From assembly GCA_965197525.1 (NCBI GenBank), contig OZ240211.1, positions 1,280,001 to 1,344,000 on the forward strand: a stretch of DNA of 64,000 nt, in the 5' to 3' direction. Origin of the DNA: Nitrosopumilus sp. (GTDB taxonomy: Archaea > Thermoproteota > Nitrososphaeria > Nitrososphaerales > Nitrosopumilaceae). This document shows positions 1-10,468 of this stretch, one piece after another. Made by a program: the position numbers and the translations under genes. The notes below the pieces were generated by a model. The model was not told where the DNA came from, searched no databases, and saw only the letters and a list, made by a program, of their open reading frames with translations. How positions within the stretch are numbered: the stretch's first letter is position 1; each line of letters begins with the position of its first letter.

Positions 1-148
1 TATTTACCGATATTGAGATGCTGTCTTGCATAGTCTCAAGCTCAACTTGATTGCCTTTGTCTAAATTATTGATATCAATCCACTCCTTTGGTAGAGACAC
101 GAGTATGCTACTGCCAATTCTCTGTAGGCGTCTAACAAATTTAGTCAA
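1..148 (-). CDS. AbrB-domain/PhoU-type phosphate uptake regulator, N-terminal part (runs off window)
   Basis: Manual translation from TTG at 148: MTKFVRRLQRIGSSILVSLPKEWIDINNLDKGNQVELE, an AbrB/SpoVT swapped-hairpin signature. Not in the ORF track. Confidence 0.8.
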   Translation of the reverse strand, partial: MTKFVRRLQRIGSSILVSLPKEWIDINNLDKGNQVELETMQDSISISVN

Positions 149-213
149 TTTAAACCAATTTAATTAATTTAAGCCATATTCTTATATTTTGTGTTTAGTT
201 TAAATTAGAATTA

Positions 214-1134
214 ATGAAGGGAATGGCGTTTTGTCCTGCACACATCACAGGTTTCTTTAAAGCACATATGCCAGACAAACAAGATCATGGTGTTTTAGAT
301 AAAGCAGGATCAATCGGGGCCGGCTTTTCAATAAAGCAGGGAGTCACAACAAGAGTAAGAGTGGAGGAGAGGAAGAATAACCAGAAACGAAACTTTCAAA
401 TCAGAACATATGGATATCAGTCAGATAAAACCAACGTATCTAAACATGTTTTAAGTGAATTTTTAAAACTAGGAGAATTTTCAAATTTATTTTTTAACAT
501 TGAACATGTTGTGTTGGTTCCAGTAGGATATGGTTTAGGTTCTAGTAGTGCAGTTGCGTTATCATTGGCTTTTGCACTAGATCAAGCTCTCAAAACAAAA
601 CTGGAGAAGACAAAGATGGGAGAGATTGCCCATAATGCAGAAATAAAATGCAGAACAGGGTTGGGAGATGTTTTGGCATCATTTCATGGTGGTTTTGAAA
701 TTCGTCTCAAACCAGGAGCGCCAGGAATTGGCTCTGTTGAGAAGATCTCTGTTGAGAAGATCTCTGTGATCATGGCATGTTTTTCTCCAATATCTACAAA
801 TAAATTCATCAAAGAACACTTGTCTCAAATTAATGGATTAGGGGGAAGAATGGTAAATAGGCTGTTAGAATCCAAGAGTTATGAACATTTTCAAGATATG
901 TCTATCGAATTTGCAAGATATGTGGATATCATGACTCCAAGAATGAAGAAGATAGTTGATGAATTAGAAAGAAATAACATTAAATGCGGGGTAGCGTTGT
1001 TTGGTGAAACTATTTTCTCACTAGTACCGCATAAAGAAGAGCAGAAAGTTTTAGAGATTATACAAAAGTATCCAGATGGAATTATAATAAAATCAGAGAT
1101 AGATGAGGTAGGAGCAAGAGTTCTAAATAATTAA
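214..1134 (+). CDS. Pantoate kinase (GHMP kinase family)
   Basis: GHMP motif PVGYGLGSSSA, AHNAEIKCRTGLGDV; first gene of the PoK-PPS-panB-coaBC operon. Confidence 0.92.
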   Translation: MKGMAFCPAHITGFFKAHMPDKQDHGVLDKAGSIGAGFSIKQGVTTRVRVEERKNNQKRNFQIRTYGYQSDKTNVSKHVLSEFLKLGEFSNLFFNIEHVVLVPVGYGLGSSSAVALSLAFALDQALKTKLEKTKMGEIAHNAEIKCRTGLGDVLASFHGGFEIRLKPGAPGIGSVEKISVEKISVIMACFSPISTNKFIKEHLSQINGLGGRMVNRLLESKSYEHFQDMSIEFARYVDIMTPRMKKIVDELERNNIKCGVALFGETIFSLVPHKEEQKVLEIIQKYPDGIIIKSEIDEVGARVLNN

Positions 1135-1144
1135 TTGAAGATAC

Positions 1145-1912
1145 ATGATGACTGTTATTCCCAAATCTCATCCAAGAGCCAAATCGCTTTTAATTCGTGA
1201 AAAACTAGTAAAAGGATTTGAGGAAGGATTAGTCGCAAAAGAAGGGCTGTTAGCACAGGGCAGGGGAGAAGCTTTTGATTATCTGCTAGGTGAACAGACA
1301 AACAAGGCTGCAGTACATGCTATAAGGGCCGCAGCAGCGCAAATATTGCTAGCAGACAGGCCTTTAATCTCAGTTAACGGAAACATATCAGCACTAGTTC
1401 CAGAATCAATCGTAAAGCTATCCAATAAGAGCAATGGAAGATTAGAAGTAAACCTGTTTTATGCAGATAAACAAAGAAAACTGGCAATCATCAAAACTCT
1501 GCAAAAAAATGGAGCAGATGAAATTTTTGGCTCTAATGATAATTTGTCTAAAAAATTAGATGGGATTGATTCTGCAAGACAGCTTGTTGACAAAGATGGT
1601 ATTTTTGCAGCAGACGTTGTAGTTGTGCCACTAGAAGACGGAGATAGGACTATGGCATTAAGACGGATGGGAAAAATAGTAATTACGTTTGATCTAAATC
1701 CTTTGTCAAGAACAGCACAAACTGCTAATATTACAATTGTAGATAATGTAACAAGAGCAGTTGATCTATTAATTGATAAAGTAGAAGAACTGTCAAGAGA
1801 GAGTAAAAAAAATCTACAAGAGATTGTAGAGGATTTTGACAATAAAAAAAATCTACAGGAATGTGTAAAACAAATAAAAGATAATTTAGAAGAGAGGGCG
1901 GGAATTGCATAA
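1145..1912 (+). CDS. 4-phosphopantoate--beta-alanine ligase (phosphopantothenate synthetase)
   Basis: IPKSHPR, AQGRGEAFDYLLGE, VPLEDGDR, DLNPLSRT motifs; operon context. Confidence 0.93.
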   Translation: MMTVIPKSHPRAKSLLIREKLVKGFEEGLVAKEGLLAQGRGEAFDYLLGEQTNKAAVHAIRAAAAQILLADRPLISVNGNISALVPESIVKLSNKSNGRLEVNLFYADKQRKLAIIKTLQKNGADEIFGSNDNLSKKLDGIDSARQLVDKDGIFAADVVVVPLEDGDRTMALRRMGKIVITFDLNPLSRTAQTANITIVDNVTRAVDLLIDKVEELSRESKKNLQEIVEDFDNKKNLQECVKQIKDNLEERAGIA

Positions 1913-2741
1913 GACAGTCGAGAATATCATGCAAATGAAACAAAACCAAGAAAAAATTTCCGTAATTACAAGTTATGACTATACTTTGGCATCGTTATGT
2001 GATAGGGCAGGAATTGATGTAATACTAGTTGGTGATAGCGCTGGAATGGTGATGTTAGGATATGAGAATACAGTACAAGTAACAATGGAACATATGTGTA
2101 TGTTTACAAATGCGGTTAGTAAAGCAAGAAAGGATGCTTTGGTGGTAGCAGATTTACCATTTATGTCATATCAAACAAGCATTGAGAATGCTATCAGTAA
2201 TGCAGGAAAATTGATCAAAGCTGGTGCAGATGCAGTAAAACTTGAAGGAGGTAAGGAAATGGCTAAAACGGCTAGAGCGATAGCGGATGTAGGCATTCCT
2301 GTAATGGGTCATATTGGATTGCAACCACAGACCACTACACTACTACAAGGGTACAAGGTACAAGGAAGAACAAAGGAGGCTGCACTCAGGCTGATAAATG
2401 ATGCAAACGAGCTTCAGGAAGCAGGTGTGTTTAGCATTGTATTAGAGATGGTAAGTCATGAGGTTGCCCAGATTATCTCAGAGACTGTCAGCATTCCTAC
2501 AATAGGAATAGGTTCTGGGGTGAATTGTGATGGACAAGTGTTGGTAGCTCAAGATTTGTTGGGAATGTATGATCGAATTAAACCAAAATTTGTAAATAGA
2601 TACATGAATCTGTCTGAAGATATTACAAAATCGCTTGCTAATTATAAAAATGATGTTAGAGCAGGCATATTCCCATCAGAGGAGAATTGGTTTTTGATGA
2701 ATAAAGAAGAATTACAAAGATTACGTGATTATCTTGGGTGA
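1905..2741 (+). CDS. panB: 3-methyl-2-oxobutanoate hydroxymethyltransferase
   Basis: LVGDSAGMV, ADLPFMSY, KLEGG, GHIGLQPQ, IGIGSG motifs. Confidence 0.97.
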   Translation: MHKTVENIMQMKQNQEKISVITSYDYTLASLCDRAGIDVILVGDSAGMVMLGYENTVQVTMEHMCMFTNAVSKARKDALVVADLPFMSYQTSIENAISNAGKLIKAGADAVKLEGGKEMAKTARAIADVGIPVMGHIGLQPQTTTLLQGYKVQGRTKEAALRLINDANELQEAGVFSIVLEMVSHEVAQIISETVSIPTIGIGSGVNCDGQVLVAQDLLGMYDRIKPKFVNRYMNLSEDITKSLANYKNDVRAGIFPSEENWFLMNKEELQRLRDYLG

Positions 2742-3999
2742 TAAAAGACCTACAAAAGGACATCCATCCTTAGACATAGTTAGTTCACGTGGAGTTGAAT
2801 TAGTTGGGAAAAAGATTGTGCTTTGTATAGCAGGTAGTGTTGCAGCATACAAAGCAATTGAACTTGCAAGATTATTGATGCGACATGGAGCAGATGTAAG
2901 ATGTGTGACAAGTGATGCGGTTACAAAATTGATACGACCTGATTATTTCAAATGGGCTACAGGTAATCAAGTGGTTACAAAACTTACGGGAGAGCTAGAA
3001 CACATACAACTAGCAGACTACAAGCAGTCTGATTTGATAATAGTATATCCTGCAACCGCAAATACGTTAGGAAAGCTAGCAAACGGTATTGACGATACCC
3101 CGGTATCGACTGTGCTTACAGTGGGGTTTGGATCAAGAATTCCGATTTTAATGTGTCTTGCCATGCACGCATCAATGTATGATAATTCGGCTGTCAAGCG
3201 AAATATGGGATTTTTAAAAAAAAAGTTAACGTTTCTTGAACCTTCAATAGTTGAAGGTAAGGCAAAAGCTTCAGAACCAGAAGATGTTTTAGAGCATGTT
3301 TTAAAGAAATTTGGATTATCGTCAGTATTAAAAGACAAGCGAGTATTAATTACTGCGGGACCAACTGTAGAGCGTATAGATCAGATACGCGCGATTATAA
3401 ACCAGAGTTCAGGGAAAACCGGAGTTAGTCTAGCAACAGAGCTAGTTTCTGCAGGAGCCAAGGTTACATTCGTTTATGGTCCAGGCAGAGAGGAACCACC
3501 AAAGGGGGTAAAGGTGGTCAATGTCTCATCTAGTAAAGAGATGCATGATGCAGTAAAAAAAGCATTAAAGAAGAAATTTGATATTGTAATTATGGCAGCT
3601 GCAGTAGCTGACTATACGCCCACAGCCCAGAGTAAGACAAAGATTTCAAGCCTGGAGGTAAGATGTAGGATAGATCTTAAAAAAACTCCCAAGATTATTG
3701 ATTATATAAAGACATATCAGAAAGATGTCTTGTTAGTAGGCTTCAAAGCTGAGGTAGGTTTGACTGAGGCCCAATTGATCAAAGCAGCTAAAAGGAAGTT
3801 AAGCGAGTCGTCTGCAGATTTTATTGTAGCAAATGACGTTGGGTCTAGCAAATACAAGAAAAACTCTCAAAAAAATCAGGTATGGATTGTAGATTCTAAA
3901 AAGGCGGTTACTTCAGGTTGGGTAAATAAACAAAAAATTGCAAAAATTATCAGGAAGAAAATTGAAACAAAGATAAAACAAAGAAAACAAGAACTGTAA
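2725..3999 (+). CDS. coaBC: Bifunctional phosphopantothenoylcysteine decarboxylase/synthetase
   Basis: GSVAAYK, PATANTLGKLANGIDD, ITAGPT..NQSSGKTG, AAVADY, VGFKAE, VAND motifs. Confidence 0.96.
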   Translation: MIILGDKRPTKGHPSLDIVSSRGVELVGKKIVLCIAGSVAAYKAIELARLLMRHGADVRCVTSDAVTKLIRPDYFKWATGNQVVTKLTGELEHIQLADYKQSDLIIVYPATANTLGKLANGIDDTPVSTVLTVGFGSRIPILMCLAMHASMYDNSAVKRNMGFLKKKLTFLEPSIVEGKAKASEPEDVLEHVLKKFGLSSVLKDKRVLITAGPTVERIDQIRAIINQSSGKTGVSLATELVSAGAKVTFVYGPGREEPPKGVKVVNVSSSKEMHDAVKKALKKKFDIVIMAAAVADYTPTAQSKTKISSLEVRCRIDLKKTPKIIDYIKTYQKDVLLVGFKAEVGLTEAQLIKAAKRKLSESSADFIVANDVGSSKYKKNSQKNQVWIVDSKKAVTSGWVNKQKIAKIIRKKIETKIKQRKQEL

Positions 4000-4123
4000 A
4001 AGATCGGTTAATCTATACACCTTGACTAAAGATAAAAGTTCAGACGATGCAACGCGTATGATACAACAAAGACGCAAGTATATTCCACAAAATATATCAG
4101 ATGTAGATAATGCGATCATATAC

Positions 4124-4963
4124 ATGAGATTTGCCAATACGGAATATAAAAAACGAAATATGAAGATCTGGGATGAGATTGCCCCTCGGTATCATAAGAG
4201 ATGGGCAAATAAGGGAAGAGGGCCGTTTCAGAGTACGAAAAAATTAGTAGATTCTGTTGGAATTAAAAAGGATGATTCGGTGTTAGATGTAGCGTGCGGT
4301 ACAGGTGTAGTGATAAGAGAGATTCAGAGGAGGATTAAGAGATCAGGATATGTTATAGGTGTTGATACCTCAAGTACAGCAATTAAAATTGCAAAGAGGT
4401 GTAATAAGGAGACAAATGTGGATTTTGTGAATGCTGACGCCGAGAGATTCACTTTTACCAAAAAATTTGATATTGCTACATGCCAGTATGCATTATTCTT
4501 CTTTCCTAATGCACAAAAAACATTGAGAAATATCAGACGCAGTCTTAAAAAAACAGGTCGTATTGGGATTTCAGTTCACGGAAGGAGTGACAAGGTTCCG
4601 TTTTTTAGTAGCATTTTGGATGTTATTATAAGATATATTCCAGATTATGTCCCACCCGGGTCTCTAAATCTTGATAGGTTTGGTACAAAATCGTCTTTAT
4701 ACGCTGAGGTCAAAAAGGCTGGATTCTCAAAAATAGTAGTAAAAGAGTTTATTTTTTACCATAATCCAGGAAAGTTTGAAGATTATTGGAGAAATTACCT
4801 CAGATATATAGCAAAACCGGCAAAAGAGAAGATAACCGAGCTGAGCAATACGGGTAGAAGGGAGTTGAGGCGTTTAGTAAAGGAGAATACTATCCAGTAT
4901 ACCAATAAGGATGGAGATATTGTGTTTCCCTGGCAAGTTTTAATTCTAACAGCAGAATACTAG
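4124..4963 (+). CDS. Class I SAM-dependent methyltransferase (UbiE-like)
   Basis: VLDVACGTG motif I, GVDTS, ADAE. Start placed at ATG 4124; the ORF track extends to a TTG at 4022. Confidence 0.85.
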   Translation: MRFANTEYKKRNMKIWDEIAPRYHKRWANKGRGPFQSTKKLVDSVGIKKDDSVLDVACGTGVVIREIQRRIKRSGYVIGVDTSSTAIKIAKRCNKETNVDFVNADAERFTFTKKFDIATCQYALFFFPNAQKTLRNIRRSLKKTGRIGISVHGRSDKVPFFSSILDVIIRYIPDYVPPGSLNLDRFGTKSSLYAEVKKAGFSKIVVKEFIFYHNPGKFEDYWRNYLRYIAKPAKEKITELSNTGRRELRRLVKENTIQYTNKDGDIVFPWQVLILTAEY

Positions 4964-4979
4964 TGATCAAGGAGAAGAA

Positions 4980-5477
4980 GTGATAGTATTGAAAAAAGAT
5001 GACAAGAAGAATAGGGATAATGACAAGCCAAAAGAGAATAGTTTCAGATCATTTCTCAAGAAGAGAGCACCACTCTATCTTGCAGTGGTTGCTATAGTAG
5101 TGGTTTTTGTAATTCCTGAATTAACAAAAGGAACATTAGAAAATAGCTTGCCTGAACTGCCTGCTGCTGAACAAGAAATTGTGAATATTTTGATGGAATA
5201 TGACGGTCCTAATAAAGTTGGATTAACCGTAATGGATGCAATAAGCATCAAGATAGATGAAGAGTATCTTAATGAAAAAATTTACGATAATAAAAGAACG
5301 CAGATAGAGCTTGTGGTAACAGACGTAAGCGCAGAAGAATACCAGATAGTTTTGAATTTCAAATCACATAAAGGTGAGATGAATTACGATTGGAATGTAA
5401 ATACAAATTCTGAGGAGATTATATCAAATAATCAAGAATCAAAGCATATCATAAATCTGGTAGATTTTTACGATTAG
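4980..5477 (+). CDS. Hypothetical single-TM membrane protein
   Basis: 165 aa; basic N-terminus, then hydrophobic LYLAVVAIVVVFVIP and a soluble C-terminal domain. Confidence 0.75.
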   Translation: MIVLKKDDKKNRDNDKPKENSFRSFLKKRAPLYLAVVAIVVVFVIPELTKGTLENSLPELPAAEQEIVNILMEYDGPNKVGLTVMDAISIKIDEEYLNEKIYDNKRTQIELVVTDVSAEEYQIVLNFKSHKGEMNYDWNVNTNSEEIISNNQESKHIINLVDFYD

Positions 5478-5542
5478 TGTATTTTTATGAAAAAATGGAC
5501 ATTTAGACAAATTTTTATACAATGTATATTCATGTGTGTGTA

Positions 5543-5740
5543 ATGAACGTGAGACGAAATATCGTAATCGATAAAAAGTTGGAAGATATGTTTCGTAGGA
5601 GAATATCTGACACTCGAGGAGATCTCAAGAAAGGCGCAATAAGTGAAGCACACGCAGAAGCAATGAAATTGTGGATTAGTGCAAACCCAAAGAAGAAGAA
5701 GAAGAAAGGCGCAAAAGCAAAGAAGAGAACCAGAAAGTAA
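5543..5740 (+). CDS. Small ribbon-helix-helix-like DNA-binding protein with Lys-rich tail
   Basis: MNVRRNIVIDKKLEDMFRRRISDTRGDLKKGAISEAHAEAMKLWIS has a strand-helix-helix pattern; tail NPKKKKKKGAKAKKRTRK. Confidence 0.65.
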   Translation: MNVRRNIVIDKKLEDMFRRRISDTRGDLKKGAISEAHAEAMKLWISANPKKKKKKGAKAKKRTRK

Positions 5741-5986
5741 TAATAATAAATAATTAGAGTTATTTTCAAAACCCATTATTGGTTTTTATTTTAAAATCAT
5801 AACTGAAGATACCGCATGGTATTTTGGCCAAAATATCTACAAGATGTCTAAAATTAGGATATGGTGTTACCAAATAATAAAAAATCAGAATGCCTGTTTT
5901 TATCAGGATATAATAGCTGTGTTTTAGATCGTCAAATACTCAAATTTGACTTTTGGTTTTGTTTAACATGTAAAAGAAATAACATT

Positions 5987-7051
5987 TCATAGTACAAGCA
6001 GATCTTTTGTAAATTTGTGCATTATAATAGGTCGCTGCTTTACAATTAGTGAATCTTCTATTCGTATTCCAAATTTGTTTGGTATGTATACTCCAGGCTC
6101 TACAGTTATTGCCATATTCTCTTTTAATTTTGCGTTACTGTTGCAAGAAATATTTGGTAATTCATGCACTTCTAATCCAATTCCATGTCCTGTTGAGTGA
6201 ATAAAGTATTGGCCGTAGTTCTTTTCTGAAATATAGTCCCTGCATGCAGTATCTACATCTTTGCAATACACATTAGGTTTTACAGTTTTTAAACCAAGTT
6301 TTTGAGATTCTTTAACAATCTCATATGCTTGAGTGGCTTGGGATGAAATATTTCCAAGTGCAAATGTTCTTGTTGCGTCAGATACATATCCTTTGTATCT
6401 CAATGTAAGATCAATTACTATAAGATCACTCCTCTTAAATTTCCGTCTTGTCACTTGAGCATGAGGAAGTGCACCATTTGATCCTCCAGCAATAATCAAA
6501 GGATTGAGTGTTGATTTGTATCCTGTATCAAACATCTCTTGCTCCATTGCAAATGACATCAAGATTGTTTGTAGCTCGGACTCTGTTTGACCTACCTTGA
6601 TCTTTTTGGTACACATGTAAAACATCTCATCAATAATTTTTGAGGCTTTTTTCAGAATTTGAATCTCTTTGTCATCTTTGATGATACGAGAATCGTAAAA
6701 TGGTTCTGTGGATGACTTGATCTTTGGGAGAGATTTTTTCAAAGCCGTCACAATAGAATAATTCTGACAATCAGTGCATATGTGTTGATCTTGGACTTTG
6801 GTTATCAAAGAAGAGATTAGACCAGTTCCACGTTCTGCTACAACTATATCGCAATCCAGAGATTCGTCTCTAGCACGTTGCACCTCAAGTTCAGGAGCTA
6901 TGATTGTAGTTTTCCCCGTTTTTTCAAGCAGTCCTATGGCCTCACCCCAAAAACCAGTCATGTAAAACAGATTTTCAGGCTCAAATGTAACTAGTGTGTC
7001 ACAGTCGATTTTTTTAGCATTTTTTAACAGATTTTGTCTACGTTGTTTCAT
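5987..7051 (-). CDS. Xaa-Pro peptidase, M24 family
   Basis: ALPHA, IDLTLRYKGYVSDATRT, HSTGHGIGLEVHE, TVEPG, GIRIED metal-binding motifs. Confidence 0.95.
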   Translation of the reverse strand: MKQRRQNLLKNAKKIDCDTLVTFEPENLFYMTGFWGEAIGLLEKTGKTTIIAPELEVQRARDESLDCDIVVAERGTGLISSLITKVQDQHICTDCQNYSIVTALKKSLPKIKSSTEPFYDSRIIKDDKEIQILKKASKIIDEMFYMCTKKIKVGQTESELQTILMSFAMEQEMFDTGYKSTLNPLIIAGGSNGALPHAQVTRRKFKRSDLIVIDLTLRYKGYVSDATRTFALGNISSQATQAYEIVKESQKLGLKTVKPNVYCKDVDTACRDYISEKNYGQYFIHSTGHGIGLEVHELPNISCNSNAKLKENMAITVEPGVYIPNKFGIRIEDSLIVKQRPIIMHKFTKDLLVL

Positions 7052-7077
7052 ACAGATTACCTAGAATTCTCAAATTT

Positions 7078-8145
7078 ATGTATGATGCAAAGTTTGTATA
7101 TGGAAAATTTATGCATAACTCTGTGTCCGAAGATAAAGAAGAGAAGAGTAAGAAGAAAGTAGTTGCATTGCTATCAGGAGGTTTAGACAGCCAACTTGCA
7201 GTAAGAATGATGCAGAAACAAGGTTTTGAAGTTTCAGCAGTAGCAATTAAGACGCCTTTTTGTGATTTTGATTGTGGACGGGGGTGCGGATTTGAAATTA
7301 GGGAGAGAGCGGACGATCTCAATGTGAATTTAAAGACGGTATATCTTGGAGATGAATACATAGAGATGCTAAAACATCCAAAACATGGAGTGGGTGCGGG
7401 ATTTAATCCATGTGTAGATTGTAGAACTATGATGTTTGATGCTGCAAAAAAACACATGGAAGAGATTGGTGCAGAATTTGTTATCTCAGGCGAAGTTTTA
7501 GGACAGCGTCCAATGAGTCAGCACAGAAAAGCGTTGAGAACCATTGAAGAGGAATCAGGATTAGATGGAAAGATTGTAAGGCCGTTGTCAGCAGGATTAT
7601 TACCAAAAACAGCTCCTGAAAAAGAAGGTCTGATTAAAAGAGAGAATCTCGGGATGATAAAGGGGAGAACAAGAAGGCACCAACTACAAATGGCAAAAGA
7701 GTATGGAATAGATAATCCACCTAACGCTGGTGGCGGTTGTTTATTAACAGAACCGCAATTTGGAAGAAAGGCAAAAGATTTGTTTGATCATGTTGAGACT
7801 CCTTCAATAAATGAGATTGATCTATTAAAAATTGGAAGGCATTTCAGATTGGATGAGCAGACAAAATTTGTGGTGGGGCGAAACAAGGATGAAAATGATA
7901 TGATACAAGCATTGGCGTTGCCAGAAGATATTCTACTTGAAGCAAAAGATGCCTTGGGACCGATCTCAATTCTGCGTGGGAAGAGTGCAGCATCTCATAT
8001 AGAATTTGCAGCGTCGGTGACTTTGAGATACTCTGATGCACCAAGAGATCAACGCGGTGTTGTATCTGTGAAAAAGGGCCCTCTGACTGAAGAGATTAAT
8101 GTTCAGTGTGCAAAAGAAGAATCCTACATCAAATTTAGAATGTAG
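7078..8145 (+). CDS. ThiI-like PP-loop tRNA thiolation enzyme with C-terminal DUF814-like region
   Basis: LLSGGLDS PP-loop, CDFDCGRGC and PCVDCR Cys clusters, GEVLGQRPMSQ, GRHFR. Confidence 0.8.
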   Translation: MYDAKFVYGKFMHNSVSEDKEEKSKKKVVALLSGGLDSQLAVRMMQKQGFEVSAVAIKTPFCDFDCGRGCGFEIRERADDLNVNLKTVYLGDEYIEMLKHPKHGVGAGFNPCVDCRTMMFDAAKKHMEEIGAEFVISGEVLGQRPMSQHRKALRTIEEESGLDGKIVRPLSAGLLPKTAPEKEGLIKRENLGMIKGRTRRHQLQMAKEYGIDNPPNAGGGCLLTEPQFGRKAKDLFDHVETPSINEIDLLKIGRHFRLDEQTKFVVGRNKDENDMIQALALPEDILLEAKDALGPISILRGKSAASHIEFAASVTLRYSDAPRDQRGVVSVKKGPLTEEINVQCAKEESYIKFRM

Positions 8146-8218
8146 GCATGAAATTTGTCATGAATTGCCTGCAAATAAAGAAGAGTTTTTGAGGAAGTAT
8201 ATCTAATTTTTAGTAAGA

Positions 8219-8497
8219 ATGCAGAAACAAGAGAATCCAACATATCTGAAAGCCCTAACAATCAGAGATATCAGCGATGTTCATTCTATCAAGGAAGACA
8301 TTAAAAAAGATATGATCTTGATTTTACGGGTTACGCCACTAGCACAAAAAGACGTTGCAGAACTACGCAAGGTAGTAGAGACGTTATATTCTGTTGCAAA
8401 ATCAGAAAATGCAGAAATTGCAAGATTGGGAGAGGAGAGGATTATAGTAACGCCATCTGGTATAAAGATTTGGAAACCAGAATACGATCTAAAATAA
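8219..8497 (+). CDS. sepF: Cell division protein SepF family
   Basis: DIKKDMILILRVTPL...IARLGEERIIVTP. Confidence 0.8.
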   Translation: MQKQENPTYLKALTIRDISDVHSIKEDIKKDMILILRVTPLAQKDVAELRKVVETLYSVAKSENAEIARLGEERIIVTPSGIKIWKPEYDLK

Positions 8498-10468
8498 TTT
8501 TATGGCTTCTTGAATTTGTGGATAATGAGCTGAAAGTTTATACATTCGCCTAATGTTTGTGGCAAGGTTCTCAGATTTCTTGCGTTCACCGTGATTGACC
8601 AAAACGCGACGAAGTTTGGGTCTCAATCTCTGTACAAAAGACATTAACTGATTATAATCACTATGTCCACTAAAACCATCCAGTTTTTCAACACTGCAAT
8701 TAATAGAAACAATTTCTACTTTACCATCTTTGCCTAACATGGTGGCTTGTTTAGAGCCGTCAAGAACTCTTCTGCCCAAAGTTCCATTTACTTGATAAGA
8801 TACAAACAGTACTTTGTTCTTTTTGTCAGGTGCTATATTTTTAAAATACTCCAATACTGGTCCGCCTTCTAGCATACCAGATGTTGCCAAGATGATACAT
8901 GGAGAGTCATCTCTCATTGGTTCTTCTCTTGCATCTGCATGCTCAATGTTTGTAAAGTATTCAGAGTCAAATGGATTATCGTCTGTCTCTAAAATTTTTT
9001 GTTTAAGTTCCTTGGCCAGATATTCAGGATATGATTCATGTATTGCTGATGCTTCAGAGATCATTCCTTCAGTAAATACAGGCGCTTCTACCATCTCTCC
9101 TGACTTCATATAATGATCAATGACCATCATGATCTCTTGTGCACGTCCTACTGCAGGTATTGGAATTAAGACTTTGCCGCCATCTGCCAAAGTATTGTTT
9201 ACAGCATTAATGAATGCAGATTCTACCTCTTGTCTAGTTGGCTGAATATCTTCTTTGAGGCCATACGTGCTTTCAATTAATAATGTCTCTACTCTTGGAA
9301 AATTCCAGCTAGCAGCTTCAAAGAGAATACTCTTTCCAAATTTAATATCGCCAGAGTAAACAAAGTTGTGGTCCCCGTTTCCAATATGAAAATGACACAG
9401 TGCAGAGCCTAATATGTGACCAGCATTCATCAAAACCAGTTTGATGTCAGGGGAGATATCAGTTACAGTATCGTATGGCAGAGTTATTGTTTGCCGCATG
9501 ATCTGTTTTACATCCCGTTCAGAGTAAATCGGAGTTCTGCCTTGAGCGGCAGATACCTTGATGGCATCTAATTGAATCAAGTTCATCATAGGTAATGTTG
9601 GTTCAGTACAGTAGATGGGACCTTTGTAGCCATATTTACATAAAGCTGGCAGGAATCCAGTATGATCTAGATGAGCATGGCCAATAACTACGGCATCCAA
9701 TTCGTCCAGGGTGAGATTTAATGAATCTAATCTCGGAAATGCGTCGATAGGAGAGCGTGCACCGGGATTAATTCCACAGTCAATCAAGACTTTGCTTTCG
9801 GCAGTTGATAATAACAGCGAAGATCTCCCCACTTGGCCAAATCCTCCAAGAGTATAGACAGATACTTCGGTTCTTTGAGATAGTCTGGGTCTAAAGATAT
9901 CATCGCCTACTGTCCTGAGTTGTTTGCTTCTTTCTGCGGCTGATTGTTTCAGGGTTGCATTAATTGTTTGAATTGTGCGGGAGGGTATAGTGGTTGCTTT
10001 TCTAACACGCAGTCTCCAGCCTATCTTTTCAGTAATTTCTGCATGATTGAACTCTTTGGCATTTCTTTGTAGTAGCCATGGTCTCTTTGTTTCAACTGAT
10101 ACTTCACCAGTTGCCGTATCAAATATGGTTCCTTGCAAATTCGCCTCTTTTGGGACGCATTCTGTCAAAATTTTTCTAGCTTCTGTTTCGGATTTTCTAA
10201 TTGACTCGTCAGTTCTTACAACAATTCTTTTTTTAATTATGTTTACAAGACTTGAGATCTTGTCATTGTTCTCCATCAGATAACGGGGCGTGTTTGTATA
10301 AAGTGCGATTCGTGGTCCTTCGTACTCTATTTTTGTAACACCAGCTTCTTTGGGTATACTTTGCAGTATGGTTGCCATTATATTTTGGCTATTAGGAAAT
10401 AGTTCTTTTGATGTTTGTTTTCTTTGCATTAAATCACTATAATTCAATAACTGATTTCTTTTGTTCAT
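8489..10468 (-). CDS. aCPSF1/FttA beta-CASP ribonuclease with KH domains
   Basis: IEYEGPRIALY, HAHLDH, AGHILGS, SGD, FSGHSD, VNHGE motifs; lies after psmB. Confidence 0.95.
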   Translation of the reverse strand: MNKRNQLLNYSDLMQRKQTSKELFPNSQNIMATILQSIPKEAGVTKIEYEGPRIALYTNTPRYLMENNDKISSLVNIIKKRIVVRTDESIRKSETEARKILTECVPKEANLQGTIFDTATGEVSVETKRPWLLQRNAKEFNHAEITEKIGWRLRVRKATTIPSRTIQTINATLKQSAAERSKQLRTVGDDIFRPRLSQRTEVSVYTLGGFGQVGRSSLLLSTAESKVLIDCGINPGARSPIDAFPRLDSLNLTLDELDAVVIGHAHLDHTGFLPALCKYGYKGPIYCTEPTLPMMNLIQLDAIKVSAAQGRTPIYSERDVKQIMRQTITLPYDTVTDISPDIKLVLMNAGHILGSALCHFHIGNGDHNFVYSGDIKFGKSILFEAASWNFPRVETLLIESTYGLKEDIQPTRQEVESAFINAVNNTLADGGKVLIPIPAVGRAQEIMMVIDHYMKSGEMVEAPVFTEGMISEASAIHESYPEYLAKELKQKILETDDNPFDSEYFTNIEHADAREEPMRDDSPCIILATSGMLEGGPVLEYFKNIAPDKKNKVLFVSYQVNGTLGRRVLDGSKQATMLGKDGKVEIVSINCSVEKLDGFSGHSDYNQLMSFVQRLRPKLRRVLVNHGERKKSENLATNIRRMYKLSAHYPQIQEAIKLF

